Source: an uncultured archaeon (GTDB lineage Archaea > Thermoplasmatota > Thermoplasmata > Thermoplasmatales > Thermoplasmataceae). Taken from it: a stretch of 64,000 bases of DNA. The stretch's first letter is position 1; each line of letters begins with the position of its first letter. Where the stretch lies: positions 1,344,001-1,408,000 of the forward strand of contig CP009479.1 of assembly GCA_000965745.1 (NCBI GenBank). Direction: 5' to 3'. Under the pieces are notes generated by a model. The model was not told the origin of the DNA. It made no database searches and saw only the letters and a program-made list of their open reading frames with translations. Shown piece after piece: positions 1 through 10,127 of the stretch. A program made the position numbers and the translations under genes.

Positions 1-189
1 CTGATACTGCTGGATTCAAGCAGGCCAAATTTGGTTCCAACCACGGAAGTTAACGCGGTCTCCAACATCGTTTACTCTGCCAATACGTCTAATGTGGATA
101 CTGTGATCATAAACGGCAGGGTGCTCAAGCACAATGGCATCCTTTCCTACGAAAAAATGGAAGAGGTGAGAGAATCCCGTTTCAACTGA
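1..189 (+). CDS. Amidohydrolase family (MTA/SAH deaminase-like), 3' partial
   Basis: Frame 1 reads LILLD...NIVYSANTSNVDTVIINGRVL, typical of an amidohydrolase C-terminus; TGA at 187-189; start lies outside the window. Confidence 0.75.
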   Translation: MILLDSSRPNLVPTTEVNAVSNIVYSANTSNVDTVIINGRVLKHNGILSYEKMEEVRESRFN

Positions 190-265
190 AATTAATAATA
201 TTTTTATAATAAGATAAATTTGATAAACTATATAAAGCGACACTATATTACGTGAGTGAAATACT

Positions 266-655
266 ATGAGTTGGCAAGACGTTGAAGTCAGAGAACTTAA
301 AGTCGGACGATACATGCTTATTGATGATATACCATGCAAAATCATGGAAATTACAACTTCTAAGCCAGGAAAACACGGTGAAGCCAAGGCAAGAATAGTT
401 GCCATAGGTATATTCGACAGCCAGAAAAAGAGTGTTGTATTTCCGGTCAAGCACAAGGTAAAGGTTCCAATAATCGAGAAGAAGAATGCACAAGTCCTTT
501 CCATAGCTAACAATGAGGCTCAGCTAATGGACAGCGAGACCTTTGAAACGTTCATAATTCCAATAGAGCCAGGCGACGAGAACAAGATCAAAGCCGGGAC
601 GGAGGTATCCTATTGGGAGACCATGGGAATGAGAAAAATAATGCTCCAGAATTAA
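266..655 (+). CDS. eif5a: Translation factor aIF5A
   Basis: Hypusine motif [10 protein letters not shown]. Confidence 0.97.
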   Translation: MSWQDVEVRELKVGRYMLIDDIPCKIMEITTSKPGKHGEAKARIVAIGIFDSQKKSVVFPVKHKVKVPIIEKKNAQVLSIANNEAQLMDSETFETFIIPIEPGDENKIKAGTEVSYWETMGMRKIMLQN

Positions 656-1518
656 GTGGTTATTTCACCCACAGAAAGATCCCGGATGCTATCTCTTCGT
701 ACGAGGATTCCAGGTATGCGGTCTTCGGTGTTCCATTCGACAACACATCAAGCTACAGGAGAGGCTCCAGGCTGGCTCCTGACTATGTCAGGCAGGCATA
801 TGGGAATCTGGAGTCTTATGACGTGGCATACAATGTGGATTTTACAGAAGTTCCCGTCTGTGATCTTGGCGACCTCGGGGAATCAGAAGATGTCCGCGAA
901 GTAGTCGACGAGGTTGAATACGTTTCAGGAAGGATCCTCAAAGACGGCAAGATCCCGGTAATGATTGGCGGGGAGCACTCGATAACCGTGGGCGCGGTGA
1001 GAAATCTCAAAGGCTCATCCATGATCATAATTGATGCCCACTCAGATTTCAGGGACAGCTACATGGGCAATGAATTAAACCATGCATGCGTAACGAGACG
1101 GGCCCTTGACATCCTCGGCCCGGACAGAATAGTTTCGATCGGGACGCGATCCACGTCAAAAGAGGAGTTTCTTTCTGGCAGGAAAGACGAAGTATGGTTC
1201 CTTCCAGCTTCAGAAGTGAGAAAGAAAGGGATAGAGTCGCTGTTTCCTGAGATCGAGAAGTTTCTCGGGGAAAAAGTGTACTTTTCAATAGACATGGATG
1301 GCATTGACCCGGCATACGCTCCAGGGGTGGGAACTCCTGAGCCATACGGACTGAAGGATACGGACGTTCAGTTCCTTGTACGAAAGCTTTCAAAGAAGAC
1401 GTTGGCATTCGACGTCGTAGAAATGACTCCGGTATATGACAATGGGAACACGTCAGTTCTGGCTGCAAAACTCATCCAGGACTTCATCGGCAGCAGGGAA
1501 AGCAAGAAAACCTTCTGA
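613..1518 (+). CDS. speB: Agmatinase (ureohydrolase)
   Basis: GGEHS, DAHSD and [16 protein letters not shown] motifs; TTG start preceded by GGAGGT at 601-606. Confidence 0.93.
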   Translation: MGDHGNEKNNAPELSGYFTHRKIPDAISSYEDSRYAVFGVPFDNTSSYRRGSRLAPDYVRQAYGNLESYDVAYNVDFTEVPVCDLGDLGESEDVREVVDEVEYVSGRILKDGKIPVMIGGEHSITVGAVRNLKGSSMIIIDAHSDFRDSYMGNELNHACVTRRALDILGPDRIVSIGTRSTSKEEFLSGRKDEVWFLPASEVRKKGIESLFPEIEKFLGEKVYFSIDMDGIDPAYAPGVGTPEPYGLKDTDVQFLVRKLSKKTLAFDVVEMTPVYDNGNTSVLAAKLIQDFIGSRESKKTF

Positions 1519-1648
1519 TGCAGACCCGGTTCCGTGGGCTATAATCCCAGATTCCGCCCACTCGCCATTTATTCCTGAAACAACTTTTGGAAAGTGCGTA
1601 TCGGTAAAATCAGATTAAATGAAGGTAAAACTGGAGTTTAGAAAAATT

Positions 1649-2179
1649 TTAAAGGCCCAGTCTTCCAGCGAGCTCTTTTCCTTTGGTTATCTCTATCCTG
1701 CATGGTGTAGGCAGTTTGAATGAAGCTTTATGCAGTGCGTCTCTCAGCTTCTTTGCCTGATCAGGATTTGATCTTGCAACCATTATCACATCATTGCTGT
1801 GAACTCTTGCTGCAGTTCCAACCGGTCGACCAAAAGCAGCTCTCATTCCACTGGATATTCTATCTGCACCGGCACCTGTGGCCATTTTGTGCTCCCTTAT
1901 CACCTGATGGGGGTAAGGCCTGATGTGCAGAAAGTAGTTTTCTGAACCTGTAATTTCAGTCATTTTCCTGTTAATGGAAATCCTGGCCGCTTCAAGAGCA
2001 ATGTGTCTTATCTGGCAGGATTCTTCAGCTACGAGCCTCATCTCGATCTCAAAGTCTTTCTTCTGGTTTCCCTGTATGAAAGTGGTGATCTTCGGATAAG
2101 GCACACCGCCCATGAATTCTCTCCTGGTATATGCAGGACCGGATATTTTTGTGTACATTCTTGCCGGTTTTCTTGCCAT
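1649..2179 (-). CDS. rpl10e: 50S ribosomal protein L10e/uL16
   Basis: MARKPARMY, GADRISSGMRAAFG. Confidence 0.97.
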   Translation of the reverse strand: MARKPARMYTKISGPAYTRREFMGGVPYPKITTFIQGNQKKDFEIEMRLVAEESCQIRHIALEAARISINRKMTEITGSENYFLHIRPYPHQVIREHKMATGAGADRISSGMRAAFGRPVGTAARVHSNDVIMVARSNPDQAKKLRDALHKASFKLPTPCRIEITKGKELAGRLGL

Positions 2180-2318
2180 TAATATCCCATGGACAATTCA
2201 AATGAATATAAAAAGAGAACGATATGCGCTGTGCTTTTGAGTATGGATGATAACTGCATGCTTATATTTTAATAAATGCGAACAAAGGTAATTATACCTA
2301 AACGGGATTTTGGTGAAT

Positions 2319-2480
2319 ATGAACCGAAAGCCCATAATAGATGTAACACACATTTCTGCCCGCGGCACATCATACAGGATCACACTCCCCAAGAAGATAG
2401 TCAAGAGGCTTAACCTCAGCGAGGATGACATAATCGCATTCTTTGACGACGACGGGGTAAAAATAGATAAAATACAGTGA
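2319..2480 (+). CDS. Small AbrB/MazE/SpoVT-type DNA-binding protein (53 aa, not in ORF track)
   Basis: MNRKPIIDVTHISARGTSYRITLPKKIVKRLNLSEDDIIAF; SD GGTGA at 2312-2316. Confidence 0.8.
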   Translation: MNRKPIIDVTHISARGTSYRITLPKKIVKRLNLSEDDIIAFFDDDGVKIDKIQ

Positions 2481-2554
2481 AATCAGGAATTTACCAATCA
2501 GTCTTTCAGATTATTTTCAGAAAGGGTTATCAGCTTATTTAAAATCGGGACCGA

Positions 2555-3658
2555 ATGTCAGGAGACGGGAAAATGAGCGATTCTTTCAGGTTGCTGGCTT
2601 CCAGCATCCTATTTTCCGTGGGCCTGTTCAGCCTGACATTCAGTTTTCCCCTCATTGCGGCCTCATACCATTACAGCTACTCATTTATCGGGTTCCTGGG
2701 AGTAGTTCTCGCAATACCTTTCATAGTTATCGCCGGAATATATACACGGCTTGATTTCAAGTACCTGAGGCCGGGAACCATATTTTCCTATGCAGGATCG
2801 GTAGTCATAGCAGTCCTTATGATCTTTAGAAACGAGCACACTTTCATTTATATCTACGTGACCGCCAGCCTTGTTCAGGCCTTCTGGTGGATAACTTCTG
2901 AGATATCACTTAGCCTTGTGCAGGGCGAAGGCAATGCAGAGAAATACTCTGCAGGATGGGGCGTGCCAAATGCAGTAGTGCCTATAATTGCCGGGATAAT
3001 CGTTCAGTATCTTAGCTTTGACATATTGTTTGTCATATCAGCCGCATCCTTTGCACTGGGCCTCTTCTTTATCCCGAAATATGAATTCAGGCCTGTAAAA
3101 GTCAGATTTTCAAACGTGAAACTGAGGTACGTGGCCTCACTTCTATTCGCAGGAATTTCAATGGGTTTCATATTCTTCGTGATAGTTCCTGTCCTGAAGT
3201 ACTACGGCATTAGCTACTCAATTATCGGAATAATTGTGGGCATTTTCGGAGCTTCATCTGCGGTCGGGTACATTCTGCTCAATTTCATGAAGGACAAGAC
3301 AGTGAAATTCTATGCAGTTCTATCCTCGGTTCTCGTGTTCCCGACTTTTATCTTTGGCATAAACCATCATGTCATCCTCGTTTCAGTTCTCATGGTGTCA
3401 ATGGGCCTCGGAACATCAGTGGCAATGTCAAAGATACTGGCCTACGTGTCAGGCTCAGCTTCAGTCAGGCTTGGTGTCTTCTATTACGAGACAGTGTTCG
3501 GCTTAGGGGCCATGATAGGGTCCTTCGGAGGCGGAATACTTTTTCAGTATTTCGGGGGCTCCTCAATTATAATACTGTTCATCCTGCCGATCATATACGT
3601 AGTGGCCTTGCTGGTGTTTGATCGCAAAAATGGTGGAAGAGATCCTGTACCGAACTGA
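2555..3658 (+). CDS. MFS transporter
   Basis: About 12 hydrophobic segments in two repeated halves. Confidence 0.75.
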   Translation: MSGDGKMSDSFRLLASSILFSVGLFSLTFSFPLIAASYHYSYSFIGFLGVVLAIPFIVIAGIYTRLDFKYLRPGTIFSYAGSVVIAVLMIFRNEHTFIYIYVTASLVQAFWWITSEISLSLVQGEGNAEKYSAGWGVPNAVVPIIAGIIVQYLSFDILFVISAASFALGLFFIPKYEFRPVKVRFSNVKLRYVASLLFAGISMGFIFFVIVPVLKYYGISYSIIGIIVGIFGASSAVGYILLNFMKDKTVKFYAVLSSVLVFPTFIFGINHHVILVSVLMVSMGLGTSVAMSKILAYVSGSASVRLGVFYYETVFGLGAMIGSFGGGILFQYFGGSSIIILFILPIIYVVALLVFDRKNGGRDPVPN

Positions 3659-3661
3659 AAC

Positions 3662-4807
3662 TCAACTCTGATAGTTTCTTGACCTTATGAGCCTTATATT
3701 GAATTCCCCGACGGCATCCCTGTCTATCTGGTGGTGACAGTTCTTGCACTCTAGGGACAGGTCATCCTTCAGGCTGAAGGTAAAATTCCCGCAGCTGGGG
3801 CAGGCGCTCCTCACCCAGAAATTCTCAGGTTTGAGCATTTCCCTGCTGCTTCTGGGAAGGATCTGTTCGGGCTGCTGGTCCTGCACATTACCTTCATCAG
3901 GGTGCGGAACAGGCTCGCTCTGCCGGGCGGCCCTCTCTTGCGTGGCTTTGCTGAAAAGGGTTATGAAACTGTAAACCCCCACGAGGGACCAGACTATCAG
4001 AAACCCGTACATTATGTATGGCACAAGCGGGATCTGGTTCAACTGGAGTATGATGTTGAACTGTGAAACCGTAAAACCGGAAACGATAGAGCGCAAGAGC
4101 CCGAACCTGATGTAAATGTAATTCATTACAAAGAAGCTCACGAAGTTCAGTATTGATGACCCTATGTCCACGGAGGTAAGAAGCGAAGCTATGCCTGCGG
4201 CCAGTACGATCACGGGTAGCTCAGCCTGTTTTAGACTCCGGTCCGGGTTAAGAAAAGCTTTCAGGCTGAGTTTCCTGCTGAAAGAAAGGTACAGTAATGT
4301 TAGTGCAGAAATGGGCAGAAATTGAACTATTATTGATTGTGAAACGGTTGAGCCTATGAAAACGAAGTTCTGAGCCGGAAGGCTCATTCTGAGAACAGGA
4401 TCATTTGCATAAGAGGAGCTTATCTGAGGAGAAATGAGGGATAGAACAAGTTCTATCAGGATGAATATTGAAAGGTACCTGAAGAAGGAAACCCTGTTGG
4501 ATGGCCTCACCCCAACTGACAGGCCTTCTCTTCCAACGAAGAGTGTGGCTATGGAGCCTGTAACTATGACGGCGCTTATGGCAAGGAGAATATAGATAAG
4601 CATCGGGTTTGCTGTCAGATCCAGCAGGAAATAACTGTATGGATTCAACGCCGATATTTCTCCTGTGGACGAGATGGTCCCGGGGAGAAGGGCATAGAAC
4701 GAAATGATAGCTGAAAGAATCCCAAAAACTCCAAACGCGAACAATGCTCTGGCAAAAAGATGCCCTATCAGGTCAGTCCTCGGAGATGGGATTTGCTCGT
4801 CATCCAT
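3662..4807 (-). CDS. Polytopic membrane protein with C-terminal Zn ribbon (possible degenerate CPBP fold)
   Basis: About 8 TM segments, then CPSC...CKNC. Confidence 0.7.
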   Translation of the reverse strand: MDDEQIPSPRTDLIGHLFARALFAFGVFGILSAIISFYALLPGTISSTGEISALNPYSYFLLDLTANPMLIYILLAISAVIVTGSIATLFVGREGLSVGVRPSNRVSFFRYLSIFILIELVLSLISPQISSSYANDPVLRMSLPAQNFVFIGSTVSQSIIVQFLPISALTLLYLSFSRKLSLKAFLNPDRSLKQAELPVIVLAAGIASLLTSVDIGSSILNFVSFFVMNYIYIRFGLLRSIVSGFTVSQFNIILQLNQIPLVPYIMYGFLIVWSLVGVYSFITLFSKATQERAARQSEPVPHPDEGNVQDQQPEQILPRSSREMLKPENFWVRSACPSCGNFTFSLKDDLSLECKNCHHQIDRDAVGEFNIRLIRSRNYQS

Positions 4808-5090
4808 TAATAATACATCGAAGCGATATTATTATTGTTTTCTGAACTGTGCAAAAGTGTATTGCCGTGCCAATGCAACTTGTTTGTCCAACAAGCTAAA
4901 ACTTTGAGGCAGGCACTTTTCTTTTGCTAAACAGTGTTCCAACCGTTCCAGTTTCTCCTTTATATATTGATAGTTTCCCGCTCGAAACTACCGCAATAGT
5001 TAAGAAGCAATATTTATATTCATTAATATGCAAAAGGCGCGCTGCGTCCGCATCGTCTACAGAGACAGCTATATCACCTCATTCAGGAGA

Positions 5091-5636
5091 ATGATAAAAA
5101 ACAAGCTGGTTCTTGCCTCTTTTGTTCTGATTTCTTTGGGCATCATCCTGTTCGCTATATCTCTGCAGCAGGCTCAAGTCATCGATTCCAAGCTCATCCA
5201 AACAGGTTCCGTTGCCGTCGACAACAGTTCATATTCAAGCGTTTACTTTGGGGAACCTGCAAACCTTAACTCAACACTCACGTTCGTAATCCCTTCAAAC
5301 CATGCTGTTCAGTACAAGATTTACAGCATCAACAACTATACGGTGAATTTCCACGCCAAGACTTCCATTGCCCTTGTCTCCGAGGGCTATGCTTTCAATG
5401 GCACCAAAGTCGATGTCAAACCCGTATCCAACCCTCAGGGACAGGAATATATGATGATGCTCAAATCAAACAACGGAGCCTCGTTTAAAGTCTATGCAGA
5501 CATCACTGCCAATATATTTCTGGCTGAACCCTCAAACAAGAATGTAGGCGGTCCTGGTGTGATGTTTGGAATGGTCGGGGCAGTTTTGCTCGCAGCAAAA
5601 ATATCTTTCATATACGGGCAGCTGAAAACAATTTGA
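5091..5636 (+). CDS. Hypothetical membrane-anchored protein
   Basis: N- and C-terminal hydrophobic helices around an S/N-rich domain; start could be 5028. Confidence 0.65.
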   Translation: MIKNKLVLASFVLISLGIILFAISLQQAQVIDSKLIQTGSVAVDNSSYSSVYFGEPANLNSTLTFVIPSNHAVQYKIYSINNYTVNFHAKTSIALVSEGYAFNGTKVDVKPVSNPQGQEYMMMLKSNNGASFKVYADITANIFLAEPSNKNVGGPGVMFGMVGAVLLAAKISFIYGQLKTI

Positions 5637-5671
5637 TTTGTCAAATAAATTTTGGAGGGAATGGATCCAAC

Positions 5672-6385
5672 TCATTCCAGAAATACAGAGATCCTCTTGC
5701 TTATCTTTCCTTTTACCAGTGAAGTCTTGAACTTGACTGTTCCAACCTCGCTGGTGTTTTTCACATTTGTTCCAATCTCATGCTGCAACGGCAGGTCTCC
5801 TATCTTCAGCACCCTGATCTTGTCAAAGTCAGGAACCTCGTTCTTGCTAATGGCCATGAGATCGCTGTCATTCTGGAACTCTTCCTTTGAGAGGTAGAAT
5901 GTCTCGGTATCGAGGCCGCTCTTCAATGCCTTGTTGGCCTCATCCTCAAGAGATTTGACCATTTCCTCGCTGATTTCGTCAACCCCGATATCAATCCATG
6001 CCTGGTCCTCATAAGTCTGGTTTATTCTGTTTGTGGCCCTATAGAGGCGGAATGCAAGAGAAGTTATAACCTTCAGAGCTGTCCTGAACTTCATGTGCTG
6101 ATATCTTATGTCCCAGTTGATTACCTGGTGTACCGGCTTCCCTTTTACGTCTTCTGAATAGGTGTCAAGAGACATAATGTGGACTTCATTGCCATCTGAC
6201 CATACATCATTTATCGGGTATGTCCTGCCATCAATGATTACCTGCCCCTTGTCATTAGGCTGTCCTCCACCGGTGGGGTAAAAGACAGTCCTGTCTACAA
6301 TAAGATCGGTGAATTCGAACCATTTAACGGTGCCATCGCACTCCTTCAGATAGGCATCGTCAAGATAGAGAAGCTCTGTATCCAT
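5672..6385 (-). CDS. AlaX-M-like alanyl-tRNA editing domain protein, Zn ligands degenerate
   Basis: TELLYLDDAY, DRTVFYPTGGGQPND, NVKNTSEVG; HxxxH and CxGxH are replaced. Confidence 0.85.
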   Translation of the reverse strand: MDTELLYLDDAYLKECDGTVKWFEFTDLIVDRTVFYPTGGGQPNDKGQVIIDGRTYPINDVWSDGNEVHIMSLDTYSEDVKGKPVHQVINWDIRYQHMKFRTALKVITSLAFRLYRATNRINQTYEDQAWIDIGVDEISEEMVKSLEDEANKALKSGLDTETFYLSKEEFQNDSDLMAISKNEVPDFDKIRVLKIGDLPLQHEIGTNVKNTSEVGTVKFKTSLVKGKISKRISVFLE

Positions 6386-6568
6386 ATGAGCTTGATTGCC
6401 CCTTTTTTTATTAATCTTTTCTGATTGGCTGAAATCATGAGACAAATTTTCCCCTGGAACAGGATAGTGACCATGGCGCATTCATCAGGTCAGTCCCATG
6501 GGTTTTGCTTTACAATTCCGGCTAAAGATTATTATGCCCCATAAGACTAATTCAGAGGATCAAGCTCA

Positions 6569-7285
6569 ATGGTGAATGAATGCATCCTCATGGAGGGAAT
6601 TACAAAAACTTACGATAAGAACGTGGCTCTCAGCAACATGAATATGCGGATACCCTGCGGCGAGCGATATGCTCTTTTAGGGCCGAATGGGGCCGGCAAG
6701 TCAACCACTCTGAAGCTCCTGGTTGGCCTGCTTTTCCCGGATCAGGGAGAAATAGGTATAATGGGAAATGACCCCCGCTCCATGGGGGCAAAGGAAATAA
6801 TCGGGTACCTGCCCGAGGACGCGTCTCCGTATGTAAACCTGTCAGTCAGGGAGAATCTTGAATATCTCGCTTCACTCCGGGGGTTGAGCGACATCAGGGA
6901 GAGGGCGGACGATCTCATGGACACACTCGATCTGCGGGAGTATGAGAAGTATAAGGTCAACAAACTCTCGCGCGGGAACAGGCAGAAGCTCTCGATTGGG
7001 CTCTCTATTATCCACAAGCCCAAGGTTGTTTTGCTGGACGAACCATTGAACTATCTGGACATACCCACGCAGGAGGCAGTAACGTCGCTTTTCAACTCGC
7101 TTGATGCAACGATTCTCTGTTCCACGCATATAATGTCCATTGCAGAAAAGCTCACGGAGAATATACTTATAATTGCCAAAGGGAACGTTGTGTGGAGCGG
7201 AAGCATGAATGACCTCAGGTCCCTGGGTACTGAAGAGGAATCGGTTGAGCACATTGTGTCGAAGTTGATGGTCAATGTTCGGTAA
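6569..7285 (+). CDS. ABC transporter ATP-binding protein
   Basis: [19 protein letters not shown]. Confidence 0.93.
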   Translation: MVNECILMEGITKTYDKNVALSNMNMRIPCGERYALLGPNGAGKSTTLKLLVGLLFPDQGEIGIMGNDPRSMGAKEIIGYLPEDASPYVNLSVRENLEYLASLRGLSDIRERADDLMDTLDLREYEKYKVNKLSRGNRQKLSIGLSIIHKPKVVLLDEPLNYLDIPTQEAVTSLFNSLDATILCSTHIMSIAEKLTENILIIAKGNVVWSGSMNDLRSLGTEEESVEHIVSKLMVNVR

Positions 7286-8687
7286 GATACTCCTGTTCCT
7301 ACTGCGGACACGGTTCACAGCCCCTTTTCTCATTCTTATTGCGGTTTTCATAACGTATGATACTTTCATATCGCTGACTGTATCAGGAACATCTTCCCAG
7401 TTCTCTTTCCTCCTGGTCTTTTCATTCTTCCTCTTCCTTATGAACATGCTGATATTTTTCGGCACATTCGGGGGGAGCAAATCAGACAGGGATTTTCTGT
7501 TTGCCCTGCCTTTGCCCCGGAAGGAACTAGTTCTTTCCATGTATATTACGAGGTTTCTCTCAATAGGGATAATCTTCGTATTCGTTATTGGTTACATAGT
7601 TCCGGGAATATCCGGAACTCTTTCAGACAAGATTCTCATTATTTTCAATATTGTCCTTGGATCTTTGCTTCTGACAGCCGTTGCAACTGCAGCCACCACT
7701 CTATCCGTCTCAAGGAAGGCGGTTCTTGCACTCGCATTCACTCTATGGGGTGCACTTGCAATACCTTACATAGGGTTCCCGTACTCGTACCTTTCAGCCC
7801 TGAGCGGGCACCTGCTCTACGGAACAGTCCTTATGGTGGCCGTGAGCATTCCCATGAATTTCTTCGCCCTTAGAAGAGTGTACGATGTTGAGCTTGGCAC
7901 AGCAAAGAACACACTGACATCCTCTGCCGAAATGAAGGGGAAGTCAACCAGATTCGGTTCAAGCCCTTCCAGGAGCATATTGAAGTACTACTTCACAAAC
8001 ATCAACATATCCGGGAGGACAAACATGGGAGGAAATGTCACGGTCACTTCCAGGGGTTTCAAGCTCAGGAACGGAATGCTCTTCACTACCATGCTGGCAG
8101 TTGTATACTTTGTGATCGCCTCCAGGTCTGTTCCATCCGGGGGCCTTCCCGTGAACATGGTTATATTCCTGGCTACCGGTTACCTGGGCGTATTTGCCCC
8201 TCTTATACTGAGCATGGGGGTTATCTCCTTTGAACGGGCATGGCTTTCTTTTGTAGCTGTTCCAACCAGCTTCTATATGAGGAACGTGCTCATCAGTAAA
8301 CAGTTCCAGGTTTTTGCCCTCCTTTCACCTTTCACGGCAGCCAGCATTGTAATGCATTTTTACGGGCTCCAGGGCGCATTTAACTCCGCGGTAGTTTCGG
8401 GCATACTGGCACCTGCTTCGGTTTCCATATTTCTGTACCTTTCAACCAAGGTCACAGTGGTGCAGATAAAGGACACTGAGATGATGCCTGCAAGGTACAG
8501 CATAAGGCAGATGCTCCAGATTATGCCTACGCTCCTGCTGTTTGTCCTGGCCTACCTGTCCGCACTTCTTCTGGAAGTGGCAATAGCCTCCTCAGCCATA
8601 GTCCTTGCCATTTCAGCATTGCTGATGTTTAACAGAAAGATGTGGGAAAAATCTGCAAGCAAGCTAACGGAAAGGGGATTTGTTTGA
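7275..8687 (+). CDS. ABC-2-type exporter permease
   Basis: About 12 TM segments; overlaps the ATPase gene. Confidence 0.75.
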   Translation: MFGKILLFLLRTRFTAPFLILIAVFITYDTFISLTVSGTSSQFSFLLVFSFFLFLMNMLIFFGTFGGSKSDRDFLFALPLPRKELVLSMYITRFLSIGIIFVFVIGYIVPGISGTLSDKILIIFNIVLGSLLLTAVATAATTLSVSRKAVLALAFTLWGALAIPYIGFPYSYLSALSGHLLYGTVLMVAVSIPMNFFALRRVYDVELGTAKNTLTSSAEMKGKSTRFGSSPSRSILKYYFTNINISGRTNMGGNVTVTSRGFKLRNGMLFTTMLAVVYFVIASRSVPSGGLPVNMVIFLATGYLGVFAPLILSMGVISFERAWLSFVAVPTSFYMRNVLISKQFQVFALLSPFTAASIVMHFYGLQGAFNSAVVSGILAPASVSIFLYLSTKVTVVQIKDTEMMPARYSIRQMLQIMPTLLLFVLAYLSALLLEVAIASSAIVLAISALLMFNRKMWEKSASKLTERGFV

Positions 8688-8757
8688 TGCATGAGGTTTC
8701 GCAAGATGCATCTGAACAAGTGATCAACTATTTTTACAGGATACCTATTACTGTCCG

Positions 8758-10044
8758 TTGCTCAAAAACGAACTTGACTTTCTTTACGGCCTTATGAGGG
8801 AGGGCGTAAAGCTTGATCTCAGCATCATGGGTTTATTCTCGGAACTAGTAGGCCACCCTGAGCTGGAATTCAACTCCTTCCACGTTGCAGGCACAAACGG
8901 CAAGGGATCAACAGCATCATTTATCTACAACATCTTGAGGCAGAAATACAGGACGGGCCTTTACACTTCCCCGCACCTCGTCAAATTCAACGAAAGAATA
9001 ATCTTCGGTCTTGACCAGATAGACGACGAGTACATCGGCAACTTCATAAGCAAATACAGAAAAACTATTCTCGATCTTGCCGGAACCAACAGGAACCCGA
9101 CATTCTTTGAAACCACTACCCTTCTGGCTTTCAAATACTTCGCAGACATGAAAGCTGAATACGCTGCTGTCGAAGTGGGCCTTGGCGGGCGGCTCGATTC
9201 TACAAATATCATAACTCCTGAAATAAGCATCATAACCCAGATAGGCTACGAACATGCGGACAAGCTCGGATGCTCACTTACTGCCATAGCCACCGAAAAG
9301 GCCGGAATAATCAAGAAAGGGATACCTGTGGTGCTCTCCGACGAAAAGCCCGAAGTCCTCAAGACTATAAAATCAATAGCAGAGGCCAGGGGTTCTGAAT
9401 TGTTTCTCGCTCCTGCTGAAAGCAAAGTCAAAAAATTAAGCATCACGGAAGAGGGAACGAGGTTTACGCTTGTGACTGATAACGACAAATACGAAATCGA
9501 GACCACGATTCTGGGAGATTTCCAGGTGCGCAATATTGCCACTGCGGTAGTAGCCCTTGAACACAGCAATGCTGAATCACTGACAGCGAAAGACGTGGAG
9601 AAGGGCATACACGAATCAAGATGGCCTGCAAGGGTCGAAGTAATAAAATCCAGCCCCAAGGTCGTGATCGATTCTGCACACAACCCCCCTGCGGCATTCT
9701 CACTCGTGAAGACATTCAGAAAAGTCTTCAGGAAGAAGCCTCTTCTCGTCGTGGGGATGCTTTCGGACAAGGATGCTTATTCCTACCTTTCGGTCCTGAA
9801 ACAGCTATCTGACAAGATAGTGTTTACCTCACCCAGGGAGGAGCACAGGGCAATGGACCCCGAAAAGATGAACCGGCTCTATGGCGGGATGTTCCGGAAC
9901 TCGCTTGTAGTGAAAGACCCGGTTGAAGCATACGAATATGCCCTTGGAAAATCAGGTCTTATACTGGTCACAGGCTCCATGTACCTGGTTGGGCTTATAA
10001 AAGGATATGAGAATGGAGAGGTCATGCCGTATGATCTTAATTAA
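8758..10044 (+). CDS. folC: Folylpolyglutamate synthase/dihydrofolate synthase
   Basis: HVAGTNGKGST, EVGLGGRLDSTN, DSAHNP. Confidence 0.93.
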   Translation: MLKNELDFLYGLMREGVKLDLSIMGLFSELVGHPELEFNSFHVAGTNGKGSTASFIYNILRQKYRTGLYTSPHLVKFNERIIFGLDQIDDEYIGNFISKYRKTILDLAGTNRNPTFFETTTLLAFKYFADMKAEYAAVEVGLGGRLDSTNIITPEISIITQIGYEHADKLGCSLTAIATEKAGIIKKGIPVVLSDEKPEVLKTIKSIAEARGSELFLAPAESKVKKLSITEEGTRFTLVTDNDKYEIETTILGDFQVRNIATAVVALEHSNAESLTAKDVEKGIHESRWPARVEVIKSSPKVVIDSAHNPPAAFSLVKTFRKVFRKKPLLVVGMLSDKDAYSYLSVLKQLSDKIVFTSPREEHRAMDPEKMNRLYGGMFRNSLVVKDPVEAYEYALGKSGLILVTGSMYLVGLIKGYENGEVMPYDLN

Positions 10045-10127
10045 TTTCTGGTAACATTCATGGTTAGAAACGTGGTGTAAAAACTCTTTTGTACTTTCCA
10101 AGATTATGCTATTTTTGCTGATGATTC

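Noticed and set aside
1534-1561. GTGGGC-N16-GCCCAC hairpin between speB and rpl10e
   Set aside because: Only a 6-bp stem, with no recognisable RNA family
10045-10127. Replication origin next to cdc6
   Set aside because: The intergenic gaps on both sides are short and have no repeated ORB elements
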